Assembly (NCBI RefSeq): GCF_001194135.2
Contig: NC_068991.1
Span: 55,958,871 to 56,022,870, forward strand
Direction of reading: 5' to 3'
DNA length: 64,000 nt
Source: Octopus bimaculoides
Taxonomy: Eukaryota
Made by a program: the position numbers and the translations under genes. Under the pieces are notes generated by a model. That model was not told where the DNA came from and did not search any database. It saw only the letters and a list, made by a program, of their open reading frames with translations. Positions 26,101 to 37,800 of the stretch are shown here, in pieces. How positions within the stretch are numbered: the first letter of the stretch is position 1; every line of letters starts with the position of its first letter.

Positions 26101-29100
26101 AGTGAAATTTCTTAGTGTATAGTTCTCTGAAAATATATTTGCATTACTCTATTTAATGTTTTTATAGTTCCATTGAGGTTAAGCCTGTGAAGGCGTTGCA
26201 TTGATCAGTTATTCTAGATATAAATCAGCTAGGCCTACTCATATGCTTGGGGGTGTTAAAAAGATCTAGAAACTATATCCACTGAAACATAGAAACACCA
26301 TTCCCTGTATTTGATTATTTTATTGAATTGTATTTTTGGTGTTGTACAATCTTCCATTAAAATCTTTACTTGTTATCTTTTAATACCCAAGAGAAATGGT
26401 AACGAAAATTATTGATTTCTATTTATAACATTATATAGCACGTTGTAATAAATATTTTCAAATAGTAAGAAGTGGACCTTTTAACTTGTAACTATTTGGT
26501 TTGGTTAATGTTCTATATAAAGCATTTTTCATCCACTCTGTGACTACTTTAAAGTGTTTCCAATATAAGTATAGGCTTTTTTTGTTGTTGCTTATATTAC
26601 CTTGGGAAAAGTAGTTTCATCCTCATAATCATTGGCTTTACAATCACCAGTTTATTGTCAATGCATTTCACTCTGCATATATTGGAACATATATAGTCTT
26701 GTTGATAGCTGAATTGTTTGAAGAAATTGTTGCATCTTGAATTTCTTATAATCCATTTTGATTGAATAAAATTTTGTAAGCTGATACATTGAAAGTTCTC
26801 TCTCTCTCCCTCACTCTTGTTTTCTGAATGTGTTCCAAGGATTATCATTTTTAAATACATTAATTCTTGAGTTGTACTTGTTTGACTAGTGATTTGAATT
26901 GAGATCATGTGTTGAAACTGAAACAGTTGTGTTGTAGTAGTCATTGTAACCATAAAACTACAGATATACTTATATTAATTTTATTATTATTTTGTAATAA
27001 TAAAAATTTATAACATAGGCACAAGGCCATGAATTTGGGATGAGAGAACAGTTGATTTTATTAAAGCCAATATTTAACTCAATATAAAATATATTCAGTA
27101 TTTATCAAGTCATGAAGGATGAGCAGTGAAGTTAACCTTAACAGGATTTAACGTCAGAATGTAAAGACTTTAAGAAACACTGCAAAGCATTTTGTTCATT
27201 ACTCTACTAGTTCTTTCATTTCATTCATCAGCATCAGTCCCTGGACATTACTGTTGTGAGTCCTAGGACTCATAGCAATGGTTATCTGGTTTCCATGGCA
27301 TATACATGACTGAGATCATAACATTTCTCTTGAACTGGATGCAAGTTCATTGCAGAGTTACTCATTTATAACTGAGTAGACTAGAGCAACAAGAAATGTT
27401 TTGCTCAAGAACACAACACTCCACCACATTTGGGAATTAAAACCATGAACTTGAGTGCAACAACTTAAACCACTAAGCCATGTGCCTTCACCTCATTCAT
27501 TCCATTGCTTGGATATCAAATAATTTTTTCATACTTCTACAGTCTGGTCATTCTGTCCAAGCATTACCTAAGTTATCATTGTAACCTATTTTTGCAAATT
27601 AATAATTCTCTGCACCTCCCTTTAAATCAGATCAAGGAGAAGTATTCCACAGTATTGTATGCTGCAAATGTTATACTGTAGTCCTTACTCCTATGGCTTG
27701 TTGTATAATATATGAGAGTCTCTCTCTCTTTCTCACACACACACACACTGAGCATTATTAACTCTCATTTACTGCTATCACTTATTTCAGCCATATATGT
27801 TTTTCATTTTCTGTGCCAGTTTTATCTCTAAATCTGAGTAAAAATTCATCTAATTATAACATTGACTGATCTCACTCAAATAAAGCATAGCAACTCAATA
27901 AAACTGTCCATCACAAAATGTTTGATAGGTTTTTCTTGGTATTAAAAGCTGTTTTCTTTTTCTTTTCTAGGTAAATCTTTAAATGGATTTATTGAAAATG
28001 TCCCTTGGCATATTACACCAGATTACCTTGTCCCAACGTTAGGGCATTTTACAACCCTTAGCAGTCTAGGTAAGTGTAAAATCTGAATGAATGTCACTAT
28101 TTATTTTTTTCTTCTTTGAAATGGTTTTTGAAGTATATATAAGGCTATAAATAATAACATGTAAATATTGGACTGAAAGACTCTTTCTGATAGAAGTCAG
28201 ACTGCTTGTGGGACACAAACCTACATCTCTTGTAGATATAACAGGTATTTCACCACTGTACAAAACAGTCGTTTGAATTTATCAATTTCAGAAACTTTAT
28301 TTTTACCAGTGAGAATTCTGTGTTGTAGATAGGAATTTATAAACTTTCAAAAGGATGTGGATTGATTCTTATTTCGAATTGGTTTTGGAACTACATATAA
28401 AGCTATAAATAAAAACATGTAAATATTAGGTTGAAAAACTGTTTGGGATAGAAAAAGTTAAAGGCTGAAAAAAGAATTATTCTATGTTCTTTTGAAAGTT
28501 TATGGATTCTTATGATGTCAACGACTAAGACATCTTAATATGATCACAATATAATGGCAGAAATCCGTTATGGAGTATTCATCTATTGATAAGTTATATC
28601 TATACTATTATTATTTAGATTTTATAAGCATTTAAAATGTTCAAATTTTACTCAAATTTCGTTATATTTTTCTTGTATTTACATTAAATCATTCTTTCAG
28701 ACCATATAAACTAATCAATATTTTAAAATTCTTAATCAAAAGTATATATTTTTTAATTTTAGAATTTGTTTTTAAAAGAACTTAGAAATTGTACAGATTA
28801 ATAAGTATTATTGTAAACATACAGGGATGTTTGCTGTGAAACAAATTGACATCTCTGCTCAAAAAATATACTTTTGTGGTAAAATTTTAAGTATATTCTG
28901 TCATTTATTCATTGCATGTTTAATATGAAATCAAATCCCAAAGAAATAGCTCAGCTAAAATTTTTGTAAAAGATTTTCACATAACATCTGAAAATGAGGA
29001 TTTTAGAGAAGTAAACATGCCAATTCAATCATAACTTTGTATTATTCTAGAGAAAGATGACTTTAGTTCAGTTCCAACTTGAGATTAGTTTTCATTATGT

Positions 29101-31804
29101 TTTTGAGATAAATATTGGATTATTTTTTAATATATTTCACTGCTTAAAAAAATAGGAATCAGTAGGATTGATTTAAAGTTTAATTCTAATTGAATCAAGC
29201 ATGTTTATAACTCAAATTCAAATATGAAATGCAAAGTTCTTAATTTTTAGATAATCTCAGAATTTAGTTAAATGAGATTTTAACCTATTAGTTAGCAAAT
29301 GACAAAATAGTTTCAATTTCAGTTAATCTAATATATAGAAAGGTACTTTAAGGTAAAACTGAAATATTGTTCTGGAACATGGTAGCTATTTAGTCATTTG
29401 ACCATCCATCATTTGTCCACTGATCATTTAGTCATTTGACCAGTGAAGACGTGCCCTGAATTGTTAATTTAAAAACTGTTTTATTATACTAGAGTAAGTT
29501 TATGGCTCTTCCTCTGCTCACATATTGTGTATGTAGTACACTGTTAGAACAAAATGTCAGTGGTGAAACTTGAGACTGGGCACACTTTCATATTCAGTGT
29601 ATCATACAAAGATCCTCTTTTTCTTTTCTTTTGTTTTTAATGGTTATCAATAAGAGAAAAATTGTTCACTTATTATTGAAGCTACTCTCTGTGGCTTCAT
29701 CCTTGATGTTGTTGATTCTCATATTAAAATTTTTTGTCTTTAAATAACAAATTATTTAGTTTACAGTGCTCTCATGGTACTGATGTTTTGGTTATAATTT
29801 TGTAAGATCAAATTGTGTTCAAAGGTTCATGTGTATGAAGCATTAATGTACTCATTTCTTTGCTATGGTGATAAGTTTTGTTTTTTTAGAACTGTTTGCG
29901 CAGTCTGTAGATGTTTGACAGCTGGAATCTGAGAAGATTGTGTTTTCCTCATTGGCTGAGTGCAAGTGTACAATCTTTTTGCACATTGTAAAATTGCTCA
30001 GTGTCTATCAGAACACTCCTCAATATTCAGAGTCCACAATCTTTACTATTTGATCATGTGTGTCAGTCATTCAAACCCAGCTACAATAGATGTGGCTAGC
30101 AAACAATAGGACTACATGTTGACAAATATCATTGGTTTAACTCTCTCAGCTTTGCTAATAGAATGCAAAATTCTCTTCCAATTGGGTTTGAGCTGACCAA
30201 TAACACAGGACAGGAGGTGATAGAAGTTGCCAGAGAGTTTCAGCTGGAGAACTGTTAACCAAGTCTGAGGTAAACGTTAATAAATGCACATTTAATTTGG
30301 TTATTTGAATACATTTAGTATTGTTGGTTTCATTAGTTAAAGTTAAAAAATGTTTCTGATAATTTGTTTGTATTTAGATTCATAGTATATTATATTATAT
30401 TTTATTTGATTCCTTCTTTGCTGGTTCTTGATATTGCAGGGGGGTTTTTTCTGCCTTACTGATGTGTAATAGTATTAGATGTATTGATATATTCATATGA
30501 AAATGATGAAACTTAGGACATAAGGGAATTGTTATATTATATGGTAGCAGTTTTCTTACTATCAGAGATAATGTCATTAAGATTGGCTATAACCTGTTTG
30601 AATGCTAAAGAGTTAAAAAAAAAAAAAGGGAATAACTGGAAAGTGAAATTTGTGTAACTGATTTACATCAATCAATAATCTGCTTCCTCATGTAGTCTAG
30701 TTGGTACAATACAGGGCATTAGTCCATTGTCATGCTACACAAGATTTTGCCATAATTTTGTTCTGTTCCTATGGTGACATTCTGTAGTTTGAGGGTGAGG
30801 TAGGAGTGAAAACCTACCTTATCTTGGACATGGGAGAGTAACTGCTAAATGAAACAGATAACCAGTCTTGTATTTCACTTTACATTAATATTTACTGACA
30901 CTAATGTAATTATGTAGCTCCTTCTAGCCTCTGCCTGCCATATCACACTGTAACATTACATCTATCTTTACAACTGTTTTCTATGGTTTTAATTATTGCC
31001 TTTTCTTTTCTTGTTTTCTTCCTTTATTTCTTGTTTCTGTTGTGTGTTTGTGAGGAGGGAATTCTCTTCATAATGACTACGCATTTCTTGATGTTAAGCA
31101 CCATGTTCTAGCTCCAAAATTGAAATTCTGTTGTTTACCAACTTCTTTTTTCATCGCTTCAGGAACTTTTTCAAAAACCATTTTCCAATTTCAACAATAG
31201 AAAAGTCCTATGTATTTTGGAAATAACAACTCTGTGTATGTTACAGACAACAGTTAACCATGTCTCTGTGTATCTTTACACCATAGACTTTACCAAATCA
31301 AAAATAGACCTTGTCAATGTGCTGAAGTAATTTTGATTATGTAGTATTTATAGTTCTTGTCGCAGCAAATAACTTTGCTGTAATGGCAAGCTCCTATTGA
31401 ACTGATTACACTAAAATTAGCTTTCATTTATTATGGAAGCCATTTCATTAATAATGTTATTGGTAAATAAATTCCACAACTTTCTGTTTCACTCCTGTGT
31501 GAGAAATAAGCAGTTACTATTTTAATATCATTTATCAGTAAAGATATTTATCTTGACTATTTTTTTTTTTGATTAGTCTTTTTACTTTCCTTTATTTTTT
31601 CTGCTTTTACTTGTTTCAGTAATTGGATTGTGGCCATGCTGAGGCACCACCTTAAAAGCATGTATTTAATCAAATCGATCCCAGTACTTATTTTTAAGTC
31701 TGGTACTTATTCTGTTGGTCTCTTTTGCTGAACCATTAAGTCGTGGGGACATAAACAAACCAACACTGGTTGTCAAGCAGTGGTGGGGGACAAACAAAAA
31801 TATA

Positions 31805-31842
<38 letters not shown>

Positions 31843-31852
31843 NNNNNNNNNN

Positions 31853-31894
<42 letters not shown>

Positions 31895-34800
31895 AGGCTA
31901 TATATAGACACTTTCTGTCTACCTAATTTACTCATAAAGCATTGGTTGAGTTAGGGATGTAGAAGAAGACACTTACCCAAAGTACTGTACAGTGGGACTG
32001 AACACAGTGACATGAAATTTTGATTTAGTTATTATAATTGAAGCTGTTACAATATTTGGGATAATATGGTCAAGAGATTAGACAATGTTTATATTTCACT
32101 CCATATTGTACTTTTATTTTTTTACTCAGAGTGAAAGGTAGACTATATGATGCTTGTGTGTGAATGGCTATACTCCATGGTAGTGAGACATGGGCTCTGA
32201 ATGCAGAAGACATGCGTAGACCGGACAGAAATGAAGGTAGTATGCTCTGTTGGATGTACAATATCAGTGCACATGTATGGCAAAGTGCAAATGTATTCAG
32301 AGAGAAGTTGAGCATAAGAGGAATAAAATGTAGCATGCAAGAGAGAAGACTACGTTGGTTTGGACATGTGATGCGTATGAATCAGGACAGCTGCATAAAA
32401 AAGTGCTGATCACTGAAGGTGGATGGTACCTGCAGAAGAGGGAGACCCAGGAAGACTTAGGATGAAGTGGTAAGGACCGATCTTAGGATGTTGGGTCTCA
32501 TGGAGGAGATGACAATGGACTGAGATGTCTGGCGATATGAAGTTCTTGAGAAGACCTGTCCATGTCAGCAACACTGAGTTCTAGAAGTGTTGTGTGTCCC
32601 ACCCACACTTAAGAAAACTTCTCACACACTCTACCACAACAAACCCACACACTCTACCACAACAAACCAAACTATGTCTCGACATCCCTTCTCTTCCTCA
32701 CATTTCTGCTTCATGCACTATCCTTACCTCCAACTCCCCAATCTTGTCCTCTTGGCCCTGTACCATTGCTCTCTGCTAGCCCTCAACCTGTGTTCCACCC
32801 ACATGCCCTGTCTCACTGTAGTATTCCTATCTGCTAGCCCCTGAACCCTGTGTTCCACCCACACATAACAAGAAAACTTTTCACTCGCTCTACCCCAACA
32901 AACCAATCCACATCTCCACCTCACATTTCCTCCTTTTTGGGACAGCCACATTATGTTGGCAAATAGCCTTTACTTTAATATTACAGGAACTAACCTTATA
33001 GGATATTGTGGTTTATGAAAAGATAAACTAGCTAGTGGCTATAATAAATTCAAATAAAAGTACACATTAGAATGCAACACTACCATTTTTCTATGTTCTA
33101 ATATAGGTGGTAATTCATGAAATCGACAAGTAAAACTTTAAATTGAAAACTACCTAGTTTCTAATTGTAATTCGCTGATGTGCTGAATCATTGAAATTAG
33201 GCAAATAGATCCCCTCTCCCAAATCCTTATAACTTTTGTTATCTACTGTGTGTGTGTGTGTGTATGTGTGTGTGAATCCTTGCATTGCACATCTGGAAGT
33301 TTTGCTGTGATATGGTATTCCATATGACAGGGTATAATTTTCCCATTGACTTCCTTGTTACATTGAGAACAAATTTGAAAATTAGCTTTTCATTATGGAA
33401 TGCAATGTTTGTCATACAAGGAAGGGATGTTGTAATTTTGTCTTTTTATCATCTGGTCCTGAAGAGAAGAGTTAGTATTTGTGAAACAATCCTAGTTGCT
33501 TCCATCATGATCTTTCCTAGTGAAATTGGTGCAAATTTGGTGGCTGTGGATAAGTGCTGTTCATGATTAAGAGGTGTGTAGTGTGATTGTTTTCTTTTCA
33601 CATGCACACACACTGTTGGTGGATCTCTGCCCTTCAGTGATGAGAGTTCAATTGTTTGATCAACCCAGTATTTATTACCCCAAGAACTGCTGGATGGATT
33701 CAGATGAAACTTTCAGGGATGTTTGGCCTTGTGACTGGCACAAACTGATTAGATTTGAGGATTGATCCGGTACCGGTCAAGGATTCTGGATTATTTGTTA
33801 TATTTACTTTACACAATTACAATATTATGTTAACTTTCAAGTCTTTCTCAATTATCTCCCTTTAGGCTGTAACTATTTTGAATGGTGAATTCGTTAACTT
33901 CGGCTTGTATTGGATAAAGATAGACTATTTATTTCTGTTACTAAATTTTCTACAGCTACCTTCACATTCCATGACTGCCATTGGGATCAATCAGGTACCG
34001 GACCAAGATTCTGAATTATTTTTGTGCTTTTTTTCTTTTTTACTTAATGTTTGAGAGCAGTCAAGTTTATTTCAAATATTCTCATTTTAAAAATCATCTC
34101 TGGCTAATTGTTGAGAGGACGTTGGTGTTGCCTTGGCGGAGGTTTGCGCTCTGTGAGTATTCTTGTAGTTATGTTCCCAGTTTCTGTTTATCAAATTGCT
34201 AAGTTACATTTGACATAAAAGAATACAGTTCAACATATTGGTTTATAGTGGTAAACGTAAACACAGATATGGATGCACACTCCACTCCCTCCCCATGCAT
34301 ACATGTTTCTGTACAGTTTTTATCAACCAAATTTTTCAAGCCATTGTTCAGCTTCAGGTTATAGTAGAAGACACCTGTTCAAAGAGCCTGCACAGTGGGA
34401 TCGAATCGGAATATCCACATGGCTCGCTTTCTCCCTGACATCCTTAATAGAATTGCAGAATTACATTGTAACAATTTTTTTTATACCAATCTTTTGGATT
34501 ATGTTGTCAAAACAGATTTGTATGAATTACTTAATTGCTCTACTTTATCACAACTGTCAACTATTTTCTGAACTTGTCTCTTCACTGCATCAGTTGGAGC
34601 TGTTCAGTTCTTTTTGTATATTGATCCTTTTTGTAACTATTATTAAAGAATCTTGCTTCTTTCCTCTCCTACTCCTCTAACTATCTCCTTTGCCTCTGTT
34701 TTTCTCTTCTTTACTTCTCATTATTTTCATCTCTCTCTCTCTTATCTCTGTCAAATGTTAATTTAAAATTTCAGGCCATCCTGTTGACAATTATTTCACT

Positions 34801-37800
34801 TTTTACTAAATTTGTTTTGTTCTCTAGTATTTTGTGGTGAACAATATTTTTCAAGATACATTCAATTAGATTTCCAACTATTAACATATTTAATTGTATG
34901 TTTGAAATAACATCAGTTCATATCAGCAATTAGCTTAATTTGATATCACTATTCTTGATTAGCTTTTTCCAAGAATTTGGCATAGTTGCTATTTTATCCA
35001 TACATATTAGTGCACATATAAATTGTAACCATAACTTTTGACTTTCTAATTATGCAATATCAGTTAAGCTGTGGTTAAACTAACCATAAATGGTGAAGAT
35101 CAATCCAAACATAAAAGCCGAGTTGAAATAATCTCCTGGCTGTTACCTTTACAAAATGAGTCTTCAAGGTAATGCTTCTATTTTATTTTTACTCTTTCTG
35201 GTTTTTCTTCATCTAGGTCTATCTAAGCATTGATTCTGATAGAGAATTTTGATAGTTTTCATAGCCTACCATTCTTGAAATAACAGACTGATAGCTTTTA
35301 TCTTGACGCATTTGAAACTAAAAACTTTAATAAATAATGGACTTCTTTTAAAGCTTGATTCACTTTCAGCTATATGAAATAATATTTACATTTGGTTTTT
35401 AGTGCTCTCCTTAAAAGTAATATTTTATTTATTATCTAAGGAGGCAGTTTCTTTAGTTAGTTTAACAGATTTTATATTCCACAGTCAGTTTGAAATGTAA
35501 GCTGCTAAAACTTCGCAGATATTATCTGAATGTGACACTAGCATCGTAGGTCCAGAGAAAATGCAAACTATTGTTTTCATTTGATATTTATAATACGAAA
35601 CTAATTTTGTTGTCATTAAAGTGAAATCTGATTTTTGCAACACTTGTCCAGTTTTATGTAGAATTCATGCTCTGGCTATATTGATTATCTTATGTGTGCA
35701 TATTTAGAATAGTTGTCTTGTAGGTTACTACATTTTTGTCGAAACTCTGTTAGAGAAGAGCTGACTACAGCTTCTCAATAACAACAAAACTACAACAATT
35801 TCATAGAATATTTTTTAGTTTTCTTATAAATGAAAGGAATGATCATTAGCTAAGTACATTTTTATATTTTTCAAGCTATTCCCATTTTAAGTAGGATGTC
35901 TGTGATAGTTTGTGTTGCAACAATTGCTTTTACTGCTGGATACCCTTTCTATCTTATAGGACACTAACCACTTTTGAATCTATATGTGTGTGTATTTCTT
36001 TTTGTTTTTTTTTATGCTTCTAATCATCTTACTAGACTATGGAAAGTCTTGCTTTGGTTTTGTTGATATAACCAACAGTACATATATGTTACAAATTTAC
36101 TGTTAGAATCAACAATATATATGTCACAATTCAACTTTTTTCTTGAGAGAAGCAGTTACTATTTGTTTGAACTGAGAAATTTTAGGAATGTGTGAATGTC
36201 ACAACCATTAAGTTACTTACTGAAAGATCATTGTGAACCAAGGAAAATTTCTGGAACTGTCAAGTCAAACTGTTTGCATAACAAAGAAAATCAAGGTAGC
36301 AAATTATAGATGTGAAGTTAAATCAACATTAAGAACGGATTGCTAAATTTTAAATGGACACTGTTTGTTGACTGAAGTGATAAACCAGAAAGTGAAACAA
36401 AATGTTACTGAAGATGTTTTTATTTCTTTACAATGTTTCTCAATGCTCCATGTTCTGTTATGGCCAGGAAAAATATTTCCTGCATCAGATTTCTGAAAAC
36501 GAATGAAGTTTGCTCTGAACTTTTCTTCATGTTGTTTTTATCTTTTACATGTTTCAGTCTTAGGACTGCAGTCATACTGAGATACTTATTTTAGAAATCG
36601 TTATCAATGTTACATGCAAAATTTTTACAGTGTTGGAAAGCATGCCTTGCAGTACTTTTCCAGCTCCTCGCTGAAGTCCAATGACTGGCCGGAGCTATCT
36701 GTCTGTCTGTCTGCCTGCTGGTTTGAGTTGATTCTTTGGCTACTGACAGCTAATACCATGACTGGCCGGAGCTATCTGTCTGTCTGTCTGTCTGTCTATC
36801 TATCACTCGAAAGTTATTGTAACAAATTCGACACCTATATCCATGCGTTTGAAACATTACAGAGTATAAGTATCTACGGAGCATAAATATCGCATTTATT
36901 TTTAAACTTAACTTCAAACTTCATTTGTTTTCTATTTTGATAAATTCTCTCTGTTGAAAATTATATTTTTATATTTTAAATAATTTGCAATTTCAGAAAA
37001 TATATATTTTATATTAAATTTGCGTTTTCTAATTTGATAAATTCTACGGACACAAACAGAGGTGGACGAGTGNNNNNNNNNNNNNNNNNNNNNNNNNNNN
37101 NNNNNNNNNNNNNNNNNNNNNNNNNNNNNNNNNNNNNNNNNNNNNNNNNNNNNNNNNNNNNNNNNNNNNNNNNNNNNNNNNNNNNNNNNNNNNNNNNNNN
37201 NNNNNNNNNNNNNNNNNNNNNNNNNNNNNNNNNNNNNNNNNNNNNNNNNNNNNNNNNNNNNNNNNNNNNNNNNNNNNNNNNNNNNNNNNNNNNNNNNNNN
37301 NNNNNNNNNNNNNNNNNNNNNNNNNNNNNNNNNNNNNNNNNNNNNNNNNNNNNNNNNNNNNNNNNNNNNNNNNNNNNNNNNNNNNNNNNNNNNNNNNNNN
37401 NNNNNNNNNNNNNNNNNNNNNNNNNNNNNNNNNNNNNNNNNNNNNNNNNNNNNNNNNNNNNNNNNNNNNNNNNNNNNNNNNNNNNNNNNNNNNNNNNNNN
37501 NNNNNNNNNNNNNNNNNNNNNNNNNNNNNNNNNNNNNNNNNNNNNNNNNNNNNNNNNNNNNNNNNNNNNNNNNNNNNNNNNNNNNNNNNNNNNNNNNNNN
37601 NNNNNNNNNNNNNNNNNNNNNNNNNNNNNNNNNNNNNNNNNNNNNNNNNNNNNNNNNNNNNNNNNNNNNNNNNNNNNNNNNNNNNNNNNNNNNNNNNNNN
37701 NNNNNNNNNNNNNNNNNNNNNNNNNNNNNNNNNNNNNNNNNNNNNNNNNNNNNNNNNNNNNNNNNNNNNNNNNNNNNNNNNNNNNNNNNNNNNNNNNNNN

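Noticed and set aside
32620-32870. Short tandem direct repeats that could suggest a repeat-spacer array
   Set aside because: Only two imperfect copies each, with irregular spacing, directly after an RTE fragment in a eukaryotic intron; not CRISPR.
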